Positions 25,622-35,863 of a stretch of 53,065 nt of DNA are shown one piece after another. The translations under genes were made by a program, and so were the position numbers. This DNA is from Minisyncoccota bacterium (GTDB lineage Bacteria > Patescibacteriota > Microgenomatia > UBA1400 > PJMF01): the NCBI GenBank assembly GCA_029881675.1, contig JAOUMD010000004.1:1-53065 (forward strand). The letters run 5' to 3'. Position 1 is the stretch's first letter, and the number at the start of each line of letters is the position of its first letter. The notes below the pieces were generated by a model, which saw nothing but the letters and a program-made list of their open reading frames with translations, ran no database searches and was not told where the DNA came from.

Positions 25622-27514
25622 ATGGTATTTAAAGAAGGACAATCAATTGACCCAGTTCCCCAAAAAGAAAATCGAGCAAGACAATTGTTAGACAGACTCT
25701 TGGGATCATTTCGTTCTAGGAGAAATTCAGAAGGAGATACTGTCAGTGATCTTGAATCAGTAAAACAGCCTGAGGCTGATAAAAAAGAAACCATTTTTCA
25801 AGTTTTGAATAAGTCTGAGTTACGTTTAACTGATAACAATAAAAGAGATGCTTTAAATGATAGATTTTTTTCCTTATATGAATTTACTAAACAAGGCTAT
25901 CAAGTTCCTGGGGAGCATTCTATTGATGACTTATTAGAGTATAGGGCTAAAATGGGTTTAAAAAATCAAGATGTTCCTTATTTAGCAGAGCAAGAGATTA
26001 GGGTATTAATAAATGAGATTAAAAAGAAAAGAAAAGAAAAGAGTGAATTAGAATTAGTTATACAAAATGATGAAGAATCAAAAACAACTCCTGAATTAAG
26101 GGAGAAATTAATTAAAATCGAAAATGAACTTCAAGCAGATTTACAAAAGATTTTATTTCCCAAGCAACTAGACAGATTAAAAGAATTAAAACGACTAGAA
26201 GTAACTAGATTATTTGCTGAGTTGCATGTTTTTTTTGATGTTCTACGTAATTATGATTTGATAAATACAGAACAGATTAAAAAAATGTCTGATGATGATA
26301 GAAAATATTTATATAGAACTTTGGGTAGGTTTATGAATGTCTTGGAGTTATTTGCTAGAGAGTCTTTCTCTGATGATGACCAAGTAATGGTTATTTTTGA
26401 ACAAATTGAAGATTATCTTGAACCACTAATTGATTTAAATAAGGAGGATGTGGGAGTCTGGTTAGAAGAAATTGATAGAAAGGCTGAAGGTGACCCAGGA
26501 CATGTCCATTTAGCGGCTACTGTTAGAGGGCGTGATTCTAGCATTGGTACAAAAGGAAATGATTTTCTGACTCGTAGAGTAGAAAAGTTTGGAGTAGCAG
26601 CTGATGAAAGAAGAGGAATTTTAATTACTGATAGTGGCAAATTTGTTTTAAAAAAAGTGATTCATGAAGATGATGGTAGTGAAGTCTTAGCTTTACCATA
26701 TTTAGATAAAGATAATTTTACAGATGAGCAAGCTCATTTCAGTTTATATCCTCAAGTTAAATACATGAGACAAGAGTCTCATATAACCTTATTAAAGCCT
26801 GGCGAACTTGATTATGATCCAGAACAAGATGAATATTCTTGGGATCAGATTGAAGAAAAGGTTATGAATGGAGAAATTACGGACACTGAGACAATTGCAG
26901 CTCTTTATGTTCATCATCTGGAGTCTGAAGGAGTTGAAGCATCGATTGATAATGATCCAGATGATTTTGCTTTTGGTACAGTTATAGATGATCGCGTAAA
27001 GGGAGATCAGTGGCTTGGTATTTCTGAGGATGGAACTTATGTAACTACTCCATATGATGAGTCATTAGGTGTCTTTTATGACCCAGCGACAAATAAATTT
27101 CTTCTCAATTATGAATTTTTCCCACAAAAGGGTAATTTTGCTGGAATGGTATTGAATGGAGGAGCTATTGGAGATCATGAGGTTTTTAGTCCTAAGCAAA
27201 CTGTAGCTGATGAATTAGCCCAAGAGCATGGTCTAAAGGCAAAGTCTTCTACAGAGTTGGGGAGGATAAAAGGTGCTTCGAAGTATGGTGGGAAAGGTGG
27301 AGCTAGTATTCTTCATTTTGTTGAATTATCAAAAGAAAGAGCTACAGCTGAAGAAGCAGAGGGAGGGGATGAAAGATACGAAGTTGGTCAGAAATTATTG
27401 ACTCTTAAACAAATTCAGGAATTAATAGTTGCTAGAAGAATTCGTTGTTCTAGAACTATTGCAGCCTTTATGATGGCAGAGCTCCATATGAAAGAGCCTA
27501 ATTTAAAAGAATAA
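25622..27514 (+). CDS. Large protein with helical N-terminal half and two tandem degenerate Nudix (ADP-ribose pyrophosphatase-like) domains
   Basis: Nudix-box-like GAIGDHE-N9-DELAQEHGL; duplicated C-terminal helices GEITDTETIAALY and RRIRCSRTIAAFM. Confidence 0.65.
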   Translation: MVFKEGQSIDPVPQKENRARQLLDRLLGSFRSRRNSEGDTVSDLESVKQPEADKKETIFQVLNKSELRLTDNNKRDALNDRFFSLYEFTKQGYQVPGEHSIDDLLEYRAKMGLKNQDVPYLAEQEIRVLINEIKKKRKEKSELELVIQNDEESKTTPELREKLIKIENELQADLQKILFPKQLDRLKELKRLEVTRLFAELHVFFDVLRNYDLINTEQIKKMSDDDRKYLYRTLGRFMNVLELFARESFSDDDQVMVIFEQIEDYLEPLIDLNKEDVGVWLEEIDRKAEGDPGHVHLAATVRGRDSSIGTKGNDFLTRRVEKFGVAADERRGILITDSGKFVLKKVIHEDDGSEVLALPYLDKDNFTDEQAHFSLYPQVKYMRQESHITLLKPGELDYDPEQDEYSWDQIEEKVMNGEITDTETIAALYVHHLESEGVEASIDNDPDDFAFGTVIDDRVKGDQWLGISEDGTYVTTPYDESLGVFYDPATNKFLLNYEFFPQKGNFAGMVLNGGAIGDHEVFSPKQTVADELAQEHGLKAKSSTELGRIKGASKYGGKGGASILHFVELSKERATAEEAEGGDERYEVGQKLLTLKQIQELIVARRIRCSRTIAAFMMAELHMKEPNLKE

Positions 27515-27517
27515 AGT

Positions 27518-28876
27518 TTAGTTACACTTAGTTCGACTTGCCTTAATAATGTTCTTAGTACCTGAAATAAAGAGAGGATCAATAGTTAAGGCATTTGTCA
27601 TAGCTTGTTCAATCCAAGATCTGTTTTTACCACTTGAATCAGAAAGTGCTGATAATTGTTCAACAATATGATTAACTTCAGCCTTTCTAGAAATAGCTTT
27701 TTGTTCAAATACTTCTCTAATATTGTGTTCCCATTCACCCCATTCGGCTAGAGTAAGAGTAAAACAACCAGCTGCAGTAGCATCATATGCCATGTCACCA
27801 GAAGGTTTGGTGATAAAACCATCTGCCCATGGGAAAGCATGTTTAGTTAGTATTTCGTTAGCATCCACAATCTGAGGGTGATAAATAATCGAGAATTTAT
27901 GTCCTTCAAGTAATGATGTTCCAACTTTATCAAAATAATTAGGTTGGTCTAGGCTAGAGATAGCATTAGTTTTAATACTTTCTTCTTTGGCCATCTTTTT
28001 TGCCATATCAAAAATATCTTTTTGAGTACCTGCATATAAACAGAGATGGATTGGTAGAGGTCTTTTCCTGAGTAAAGGAAGGAGTTGTTTAAGTAGTGTT
28101 TTAATTTCTGATTTATTTGTTCCCAGTCCTCCTGTACTGAGGCAAAGTTTAATCGGGCCACTTCTCCAAGCTTGTTTTTTATTTCTACACTTAATAATTC
28201 TTGGGTCAACCGGTGGTCCAGTCACAATTACTTTTTCCGGATTAACTTTCTTATTTAAGATAGCGGCTTTTTCTAAAAACTCTGTTTTTGTTTTTTCATC
28301 AAAAACACAGAATTTAACATTATCTTTTTCAGCATTGTTTAAGTATTCATCTCTAACGTGAGGATCAGTGATAACTTGGACGATTTTTTTCCCTTGCCCA
28401 GCAAGAATATTACCTGAAGCTATATGCATTGAAATAATTGGGCACTTTATCTCACTAGTTACATGTAATAGAGGGGGGGTGATACTAGAAAGAATCGGAA
28501 GTTTGCTTCTACCAAATTTATCTACTAAGTCTTTAACTTTTTTAAGAATGGGGTGTCTAGCTAGTGTTTTTCCAATTACTTCTGTTAACTCAATGCTTCG
28601 CCAGTTCTGGCGACTGACGTAATTAGTGGGGTCAAGGATCCAAGCTTTTTTATGGTCAACTTTTTTACCCCAAGCTTCTACACCAATTGCTAAAGCCATA
28701 GAGTAATGTGCTCTAGAAAAGACAACATCAGTTAATGATTCATCTTGTTTTAGACCATGGAGGCCTTTTAAATCCTCTTTATAACTGGCAGAGACAGTAA
28801 TGATTGGAAGTTTAGTTTCTTTTAAGAATTTCTTATCTATTTCAAATAGTTTTTCGATTTGGTGGTTAAGGGACAT
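27518..28876 (-). CDS. GT-B glycosyltransferase resembling MGDG synthase/UgtP (GT28)
   Basis: QVITDPH, VTGPPVD, STGGLG, FITKPSG, WEHN. Confidence 0.7.
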   Translation of the reverse strand: MSLNHQIEKLFEIDKKFLKETKLPIITVSASYKEDLKGLHGLKQDESLTDVVFSRAHYSMALAIGVEAWGKKVDHKKAWILDPTNYVSRQNWRSIELTEVIGKTLARHPILKKVKDLVDKFGRSKLPILSSITPPLLHVTSEIKCPIISMHIASGNILAGQGKKIVQVITDPHVRDEYLNNAEKDNVKFCVFDEKTKTEFLEKAAILNKKVNPEKVIVTGPPVDPRIIKCRNKKQAWRSGPIKLCLSTGGLGTNKSEIKTLLKQLLPLLRKRPLPIHLCLYAGTQKDIFDMAKKMAKEESIKTNAISSLDQPNYFDKVGTSLLEGHKFSIIYHPQIVDANEILTKHAFPWADGFITKPSGDMAYDATAAGCFTLTLAEWGEWEHNIREVFEQKAISRKAEVNHIVEQLSALSDSSGKNRSWIEQAMTNALTIDPLFISGTKNIIKASRTKCN

Positions 28877-28969
28877 ACTCTAATTAAAACAGTTTTAGGG
28901 TAAGAAGGCGAGAGAAGTAAATGACTGTTGATTAAATTATTCTTATAGGTGGATAATAAAATATAGTAT

Positions 28970-30574
28970 ATGATCCAACTATTTTCTTCCCCTTTCTTTA
29001 ACATTGTTATCAATATCTTTGGAGGCCTAGCGATCTTTATGTACGCCATGGAGATGCTGGGAAGTCATCTTCAGAATGTGGTGGGGGATAAGATAGAAAA
29101 GGTTTTAAGAAAATTGACTGACAATCCTTCAAGCGGAATGGTTGTGGGTGCTTTAGTTACCTTCCTTACCCAGAGCTCAAGTATTACTGTTTTAACCTTA
29201 ATTGGTTTGGTAAATGTTGGGGTATTAAACCTCTCTCAAGGAATGGGAATACTACTTGGGGCAGAGATAGGAACTACTCTGACTGCCCAATTAGTCACTC
29301 TTGAAATTGGCAAGATGTATTTCCCCTTAGTTATCATTGGTTTAATTCTTGCTAAGTTTGGTAAGGAGAAGACAAAGTCACTTGGTAAAGTTATTTTTTC
29401 TTTTGGATTACTTTTTTTAGGGATGGAACTGATGAAGACAGGCGCAAAGCCAATTGGAAAAGATCCAATGGTTTTATCTCTCTTTGAGAGTTTTGCTTCT
29501 AATCCAATCTTAGGTATTATCGCAGGAGCGACTTTTACCGCTGTTACTTCTAGTAGTTCTGCTACTACTAGTTTAGTAGTTGCCCTTGGTATTGCTAATG
29601 TTATCGCTCTTCCTGCTGGTATTACCCTTATTTTGGGAGCAAATATAGGGACAACTTTCCTAGAGCTAATTGCTGTTTTTGGGTTATCACTAACAGCCAA
29701 GAGAATTGCAGTAGCTCAGGGTGTGATAAATATTCTAGGCGTGGTATTAATGCTTCCTTTTATTCAACCATTCGCTCAGTTAATGGCTTTAACTTCAGAT
29801 CATTTAGGTAATCAAATAGCTAATTCACACACAGTTTTTAATGTTGGAAGCTCTATGGTTTTCTTAGTTTTTGTAAAGTTAATTGTGAAGCTAGTAGAAA
29901 AGATCATGCCAGGAGAGGTTGTGACAGTTGAAAGAGGGGCTAAATATATAGATGACGCGTTAATTAGGATGCCTCATTTAGCCCTTGTTAATTCAGAGAA
30001 GGAAGTAGAAAGGCTTAGTCAGATAGTTGACCAAAGTTTCTTCCATATTAGTCAGTACTTTTCATCAAGAGATGACAATTTACTTAGCACTGTTACAACC
30101 CAAGAAGAGTTTGTAAATAAGCTTCATTTACAGACAAATGAATATTTGATTAAAGTATCTGAGCATGAATTTAACAAAGAGTCATCAGAGAAATTGGCTA
30201 AGTTAATGCATGGTCTTACTGACTTAGAAAGAACACATGATCATCTAAATAAAGCGGCAGAATATACCCAAATAGGGCACAACAAGAGAGTAAAGTTTAC
30301 AGATAAAGAACTACACCTGGTTGGAGAGTTTTCTAACCATTGTTACTCTTTTTATAGAAAGGCTTTAAGAGCTTTTCTCTCAGGTAATGTTAAAGAGTCA
30401 AAGAAATTAACAAAAGAGATGAAGAAGTTATCCTTATTAAAAGAAGGAATAATAAAGAAGATTAATCAGACAGATAAAGAAAAAGTAGAGTTATTAAACA
30501 AGATAGTGCATAACGTTGAGAGGGCAGCTCATCATGGGGAGAATCTTACGGATATAGTGGTATCTGGTTTTTAG
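28970..30574 (+). CDS. Na+/Pi cotransporter family protein with PhoU-like C-terminus
   Basis: GGLAIF, QSSS, GAEIGTT and GANIGTT repeats, DLER..DH. Confidence 0.93.
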   Translation: MIQLFSSPFFNIVINIFGGLAIFMYAMEMLGSHLQNVVGDKIEKVLRKLTDNPSSGMVVGALVTFLTQSSSITVLTLIGLVNVGVLNLSQGMGILLGAEIGTTLTAQLVTLEIGKMYFPLVIIGLILAKFGKEKTKSLGKVIFSFGLLFLGMELMKTGAKPIGKDPMVLSLFESFASNPILGIIAGATFTAVTSSSSATTSLVVALGIANVIALPAGITLILGANIGTTFLELIAVFGLSLTAKRIAVAQGVINILGVVLMLPFIQPFAQLMALTSDHLGNQIANSHTVFNVGSSMVFLVFVKLIVKLVEKIMPGEVVTVERGAKYIDDALIRMPHLALVNSEKEVERLSQIVDQSFFHISQYFSSRDDNLLSTVTTQEEFVNKLHLQTNEYLIKVSEHEFNKESSEKLAKLMHGLTDLERTHDHLNKAAEYTQIGHNKRVKFTDKELHLVGEFSNHCYSFYRKALRAFLSGNVKESKKLTKEMKKLSLLKEGIIKKINQTDKEKVELLNKIVHNVERAAHHGENLTDIVVSGF

Positions 30575-30616
30575 ATGATTGAGTCTGGTATTAATGTTAT
30601 AATCATCACATCCAAT

Positions 30617-30688
30617 GGGTCCATGATGTAGTTGGTAGCATGAGGGTCTCCAAAACCCTTCGCCTAGGTTCGAGCCCTAGTGGACTCG
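30617..30688 (+). tRNA. tRNA-Trp(CCA)
   Basis: GGGTCCA/TGGACTC acceptor stem, G discriminator, AGGGT-CT-CCA-AA-ACCCT anticodon arm, GGTTCGAG; TATAAT upstream. Confidence 0.93.
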
Positions 30689-30780
30689 CTTTTTATCCCA
30701 TAACATTGATTTCTGTGCTTCTTCCTGATATAATTGCCTAGCTTTAATTTGTCTAAGTTTAACCTAATGAGGTGAAAGCA

Positions 30781-31011
30781 ATGAATCAATTAACTAAAGA
30801 ACAGCAAGAAGAAGCTAAGAAGCTTCTTGAGATGATGAGCGGAAAGCCAGAAAAAAAGAATTGGGCAAGTGTTTTTGTCCTATTTCTTCTTTTAATGGGT
30901 TTTATTGCCATTATAATTTTTGTGCCAATTTGGGCAAAGGTTCTTGTCGTTCTATATGTTCTTTATCGTGTGTTTTCTAATCGGGAAAAGCTGAAAGAGA
31001 TGTTTTCCTAA
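30781..31011 (+). CDS. Small two-TM membrane protein
   Basis: TGATATAAT promoter, GAGGTG SD before ATG30781, hydrophobic hairpin, own terminator. Confidence 0.65.
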   Translation: MNQLTKEQQEEAKKLLEMMSGKPEKKNWASVFVLFLLLMGFIAIIIFVPIWAKVLVVLYVLYRVFSNREKLKEMFS

Positions 31012-31038
31012 TAAGACACTACTGAAGCAATATACAAG

Positions 31039-31069
31039 AAACAACCCTTAGCTCTGCGGGGTTGTTTTT
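31039..31069. terminator. Intrinsic terminator
   Basis: AAACAACCC...GGGTTGTTTTT. Confidence 0.65.
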
Positions 31070-31151
31070 ACATATATAAGGTTCCAACATAGTTCACTAG
31101 TCTCTTCTTCTATATCACCGTTGGAATTTCCACTTTTCCATAGAATAAGCA

Positions 31152-31700
31152 TTACAGTCCTGAGCCGACTTTAAAGGGCTCATTTTTTTTAGCTCTATTT
31201 ATTAACTCTCTAACAAATTCTCCTTTCTGAACCACATACTCTTTTCGACTATTATTTGTAATATTTGCCACATGTTTCTTTTTATCGTTGTACCATTCAA
31301 CTTCATCTGGATGATTGTGTAAGTAGTTTCTGAAATTTATTACTTCGTGATAATTATCTGAATCTTTAATTACTAAATGTAAGTGAATATCTCCAGCTTT
31401 GGTCTGCCCTTCTACATTACAAAAGAAGAGTCTGCCATCTGGCTTCTTATTTAGTTCTCCTTGTCTGTATCCATTTTTGGATAATAAATATTTTATTTTT
31501 TCTTGGTCTTCTTTGTTATCACAAGCAACAATGATATCAATGATTCCTTTACCGATACTGCCTTTAATAGAAGTACTACCGATGTGTTCAATGATAATTT
31601 CAAAGTTATGTAAGATTTTTTGTAGTCTCTCTTTTTCGTTCTCAAAGAGTTTTTTACTCTCTTTGTAGTTATTTGGAATTAAATTAAGGTCGTTTGCCAT
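31152..31700 (-). CDS. GrpB (UPF0157) family nucleotidyltransferase-like protein
   Basis: IEHIGSTSI, GKGIIDI, HLHL, FRNYL, Y..KK, Y..QK. Confidence 0.9.
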   Translation of the reverse strand: MANDLNLIPNNYKESKKLFENEKERLQKILHNFEIIIEHIGSTSIKGSIGKGIIDIIVACDNKEDQEKIKYLLSKNGYRQGELNKKPDGRLFFCNVEGQTKAGDIHLHLVIKDSDNYHEVINFRNYLHNHPDEVEWYNDKKKHVANITNNSRKEYVVQKGEFVRELINRAKKNEPFKVGSGL

Positions 31701-31757
31701 GGGCTTATTATAATCTTATGTGATATTTTTACTAGTTATTCAAGTTATACTAATATT

Positions 31758-32252
31758 ATGAAAAAACTTTTCTTTTTATCTCTTATAGCAATTAGTTTAA
31801 TTTTCACTGGCTGTTTAAAAAAACCGGTTGAAGAAAGTGCCAGCACTACAGAGAAAGACAGTGAGGTAGTTGTTCCATTGGCTAAAGAAGACAAAGATTT
31901 ATTTATGGAGTATCAATTTAAGGCTGTTTTGGAAGATGTTGCAGATAGTAACAGTAGTGGTTTTGTTATGGCAAAATATGATGAAGAGGGATATCAAATG
32001 ATAGCTAATTTTAGTGATTTACCAGAAACAAAAAATGGAGATTTTTATGAAGGTTGGATTGTCCGTAAGTCACCATTTAGTGTCATTAGTACTGGAGCAA
32101 TTGAGAAGAGTAGCGATGGTTCTGATGTAAATATTTTTTCAGATAATAAAGATTTATCCGATCATCTTTTGTATGTTCTTACTCTAGAACCAGATGATGG
32201 TGATCCAGCTCCTGCTGAACATATTCTAGAGGGAACTTTTCAACCTCTTTAA
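31758..32252 (+). CDS. Lipoprotein with RskA-C-terminal-like domain
   Basis: Lipobox IFTGC; LPE....FYEGW and VLTLEP..GDPAP motifs. Confidence 0.65.
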   Translation: MKKLFFLSLIAISLIFTGCLKKPVEESASTTEKDSEVVVPLAKEDKDLFMEYQFKAVLEDVADSNSSGFVMAKYDEEGYQMIANFSDLPETKNGDFYEGWIVRKSPFSVISTGAIEKSSDGSDVNIFSDNKDLSDHLLYVLTLEPDDGDPAPAEHILEGTFQPL

Positions 32253-32294
32253 TTATAATTAGCTAATAATTTTCTTTACAGCTATACTTAATTA

Positions 32295-33128
32295 ATGTCC
32301 AAATTCCAAAGATATCTACTAGGAATGTTTTTTGTGATCCTTGCGGTTAATATTCTTGGCTTATGGACTGTTGAGTATTTTTCAATGAGGAGACTATCGA
32401 AGCTTGAAAAAATAACAACCAATTTACAATCTGATGTTTCCATTGCTATTAGAAATTCTGCAGAAGAAAAGGAAGTTGTATCAGAAGAGATAGATATTGA
32501 AGCATTGGTAGAGAGTACTCTTGAGAAAGTAGAAAAAGAGGAGAGTGATAATACTCCAGAAGTTAAGGTTACAGAGGATAGTGAAGAATCAGAAGATCTC
32601 AAGAAGATTAAAGTAGAGCAGGGTGTTTTAACTGCCTTAGTAGAACAATTTCAAGATAAATTAGCTAGTTTAAGTAAGAGGTTAAAGCTTGTAGAAAGCA
32701 ATCAAGCAGCTTCAACAGTAAGTACAACAACTACCCCAGCAGTTACCCAACCAGTTGTTTCAACAGCTCCTACAATCAAAGAACAGACGGTTTACATTGG
32801 TTCTGGAAGCAGTAGTAGTACAAATTGGACTGATATTAGTTCTGCTGTGATTGAGCTTAATTCAGCTAATTATCCTAATTTAAGTAGAGTAATTTTTGAG
32901 GCTAATTTGTCTATTATTGGTGGGGAAGCTTATGCAAGACTAAAGAATAAAACTACAGGTCAGGTAATAGAAATTTCAGAAGTTAGTCATAATAATAGTA
33001 CTCCAACACAAAAGTTATCTGGGTCATTTGGGCTTACGGCTGGAAGCAATGAATATATTGTTCAATTGAGGTCTAGTAGCAGTGAGAAGGTGGTTTTAGA
33101 TAGTGCGAGATTAAGATTGTTTTATTAA
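32295..33128 (+). CDS. Hypothetical membrane-anchored protein (coiled coil, Thr-rich linker, beta-rich C-terminal domain)
   Basis: N-terminal TM; 277-aa ORF. Confidence 0.7.
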   Translation: MSKFQRYLLGMFFVILAVNILGLWTVEYFSMRRLSKLEKITTNLQSDVSIAIRNSAEEKEVVSEEIDIEALVESTLEKVEKEESDNTPEVKVTEDSEESEDLKKIKVEQGVLTALVEQFQDKLASLSKRLKLVESNQAASTVSTTTTPAVTQPVVSTAPTIKEQTVYIGSGSSSSTNWTDISSAVIELNSANYPNLSRVIFEANLSIIGGEAYARLKNKTTGQVIEISEVSHNNSTPTQKLSGSFGLTAGSNEYIVQLRSSSSEKVVLDSARLRLFY

Positions 33129-33135
33129 TACTTCA

Positions 33136-33909
33136 CTATTGTTTAGTAAATACTAAATGACGATCTTCTTTTTTTAAGAAAGTATATCCATTCACATTTA
33201 ACTTTGTTAAATCATCAATAGTTTGAATATTATCTTTAATAGCTTTATTTATCATTGCCCCACGAGCTTGCTTGGCATAAATAGCAATTGTTTTTAGTTT
33301 TCCATCTCTATTTTCTTTAAAATCAATTGAAATAAATGGAATTGAAAGTTTCTTTTGGTCTATTGTTTGAGAGTATTCTTTTGAGGCTAGGTTAATAACT
33401 GCACTAGAGTTGTTTCCTTTAATATCCTGGTTAATTAAATCTGTAATATCTTTCTTCCAATATTCCACCAGTGATTTATATTCCTTCATCTTTACCTTAT
33501 TATTCATCTCTAAACGATATGGTTGAATTAGGTCATATGGTTTAAGTAGTCCATAAAAACCAGAAAGAATACGAACATTATTTTGTGAATATGCTTGCTG
33601 TTCTTTATTAAAATTGTTTTTATCAATCTGCTTATACACAGCTCCGTCATACATTAGGAGAGCAGGCTTAGAATTGCTCTCATCATGCTTTTTATCCCAC
33701 TGTTTCATTCTGTCAAAGTTAAGCTGTGCAATATTATCACTGACGGAGAGAACCTTTTGTAAGTCACTTAGAGATTGTTTCTTTAAATAAAGAGCAATTA
33801 TATTTGCTTGATCTATGTTCCTAGGTATTGTTGTAGAAATATTATCTTTTTTCCAATTATCTGTAAGATCAAGTGTTTTTGCTGGGGAAGTAAGAAAGAG
33901 AAGTGACAT
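33136..33909 (-). CDS. yaaA: YaaA family (peroxide stress) protein
   Basis: SPAKTLD, YDGAVY, ILSGFYGLLKPYDLIQPYRLEM, NLASKEY, AKQARG. Confidence 0.93.
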   Translation of the reverse strand: MSLLFLTSPAKTLDLTDNWKKDNISTTIPRNIDQANIIALYLKKQSLSDLQKVLSVSDNIAQLNFDRMKQWDKKHDESNSKPALLMYDGAVYKQIDKNNFNKEQQAYSQNNVRILSGFYGLLKPYDLIQPYRLEMNNKVKMKEYKSLVEYWKKDITDLINQDIKGNNSSAVINLASKEYSQTIDQKKLSIPFISIDFKENRDGKLKTIAIYAKQARGAMINKAIKDNIQTIDDLTKLNVNGYTFLKKEDRHLVFTKQ

Positions 33910-33925
33910 GTTTTAAGAATGATTT

Positions 33926-34243
33926 TTATTTCTTTTTGGAGAGTTTTTTTGGTCTTCTAATTCCCATATAGAGCATAAACAGAACAATAACTTTAACTAA
34001 GATATCTCCATCTCTGTTTATAAACATTTTTGTCAATGGTGTCATTTCACCAGAGATAATATGACTTAAAACACTAAATGGTACTACTAACCAAAGCCAT
34101 TGAGTTTTTGAGATTGGGAATTTTATTTTTTTACTTATTTTGACAAGCAATGGAGCTATTAAATATACGATTAAGTAGGAGATAGCAAAGTCAAAAACAG
34201 CAAAAGGGCCTATTTTAAATGATCTAAGGGTTTCTATATTCAT
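33926..34243 (-). CDS. Small membrane protein
   Basis: Three hydrophobic segments; TATAAT 5 nt before ATG. Confidence 0.7.
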   Translation of the reverse strand: MNIETLRSFKIGPFAVFDFAISYLIVYLIAPLLVKISKKIKFPISKTQWLWLVVPFSVLSHIISGEMTPLTKMFINRDGDILVKVIVLFMLYMGIRRPKKLSKKK

Positions 34244-34261
34244 ATCTTATTATAGATTATA

Positions 34262-35806
34262 ATGATCTTTGTGAGTTATAAGAAAAAAATATTTTATTTA
34301 CTACCCTTTTTATTTTTGTTTATTTTTTTTGTTATCCAATTTTTTGGATTGAGGAATCATTCTCAATCATTTTATTTTCAAGATGAAACAGAGCATGTTA
34401 CCTTGGGTTGGATGATCTCTGATTATGGAAAGACTTTGTATAAAGATTTATCAACAAATCATCAGCCATTGCCTATTTTTATGGGAGCATTATTTAGTAA
34501 AGTTATTAACTTTCAAACACTCTTTCAGTTAATTGAACAGTTAAGAATTGGGATGTGGCTATTTCATTTCCTTACTGGCTTATTAATTGTTTATCGATTC
34601 AGATACAAGGGATTACTCCCAGTTCTGTTTGTTAATTCACTATCTTATTTATTCTTTGGTTGGTATGTTCTGGCCGAGTCACTTGTTTTACCTGCTCTAA
34701 TAATTATTTTTCTTTACTTATTTGAAGTATTAATGGAGAAGAGAAGACAACATTGGTTGGATATTTTGTTAATTAGTTTTTCTTTGTTTTGGGTAGGGTT
34801 TAATCTTTTACCACTGTGGCCATTTGTAACTTTATCTTTCTTGATTTTCTTTTTCTTATTGCCCAGAAAACAGAAGATGATTTTAGTTTTTTCATTAGTT
34901 GTTTTTTTGATGCTTTTATTTACCCAAGTGCCATTCTTTGGTTGGGTGGAGGAGACTTTTTACCATCTCATCAAATACTATTTGCCGTATAACAAAGAGC
35001 TAGGATCATTTGGGTTAGTTAAGGTAGCTTTATTACCACTTAGTGGTTTGTTTTATTTAAACCATCACGTAGCAAGATTCATTAGTTTGAGTTTTATTAT
35101 TTCAATTTTTTTATCTTGGAAGTTATTGAAAAAGAGGAAGGTCAAATTATGGCAGATACTCTTACTGTTTGCCTTATTTATGACTCTTAATAACAGAGTC
35201 ACAGACCCGAGAAAAGTCTTTTTTGAAGGTTTTCACTTATATCCTTTTATTGCTGGGTTAAGTACTGTTTTTAGTTATCTAGTAGTTAAGTTAAAAGGTT
35301 TTTTATCAAAGAAACAGTTTTATTTCACCATGTTGGTTGTAGTTGGATTACTGATTAACAACTCATACTGGTTACTGGAGAGAAAAAACAAAGTTAGTGA
35401 GCATAATATTCAGTATGGAGAGCAACAAGCCTATGTCAATGCTTTAAATACTATTAAGGATGAAGGAGATAGACTACTGACTGGGGCAGATGGCTATGGA
35501 TATATTAATATAGTGGCAAACCTACCCTTAGCAGATAGACAAAATTTTCATCTTGATTGGGCATATAGAGTGCCGAAGTTACAAGAGGAGTTTCAAGTCT
35601 TAATGAAAGAGAATCCTCCAGAGTTTATTTATTTTAAGCCATACTCAAGTGATTACTATGAACACTTGGGACTAGAAGAGAACTATATTCATTTGTTAAG
35701 AGATGATGGAGCTAGTACTGATTTATATGTTTATAAAGATAGAGCAGAGAAGATAAGTGAAGAGCAGTGGCAAAGATTTGGTGAGCAGAGGTTTGTGGTC
35801 CCTTAA
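34262..35806 (+). CDS. Polytopic GT-C-type glycosyltransferase (ArnT/PMT-like)
   Basis: Acidic QDE motif after TM1, LYKD...NHQP, many TMs, soluble C-terminal domain; the true start may be GTG34271. Confidence 0.7.
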   Translation: MIFVSYKKKIFYLLPFLFLFIFFVIQFFGLRNHSQSFYFQDETEHVTLGWMISDYGKTLYKDLSTNHQPLPIFMGALFSKVINFQTLFQLIEQLRIGMWLFHFLTGLLIVYRFRYKGLLPVLFVNSLSYLFFGWYVLAESLVLPALIIIFLYLFEVLMEKRRQHWLDILLISFSLFWVGFNLLPLWPFVTLSFLIFFFLLPRKQKMILVFSLVVFLMLLFTQVPFFGWVEETFYHLIKYYLPYNKELGSFGLVKVALLPLSGLFYLNHHVARFISLSFIISIFLSWKLLKKRKVKLWQILLLFALFMTLNNRVTDPRKVFFEGFHLYPFIAGLSTVFSYLVVKLKGFLSKKQFYFTMLVVVGLLINNSYWLLERKNKVSEHNIQYGEQQAYVNALNTIKDEGDRLLTGADGYGYINIVANLPLADRQNFHLDWAYRVPKLQEEFQVLMKENPPEFIYFKPYSSDYYEHLGLEENYIHLLRDDGASTDLYVYKDRAEKISEEQWQRFGEQRFVVP

Positions 35807-35832
35807 GTAAAAAATATGGTGAGAAATAACAC

Positions 35833-35859
35833 GACCGGGGATTTGTGCCCCGGCCTTTT
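35833..35859. terminator. Terminator between convergent genes
   Basis: CCGGGG-ATTTGTG-CCCCGG followed by CCTTTT. Confidence 0.65.
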
Positions 35860-35863
35860 GTGT

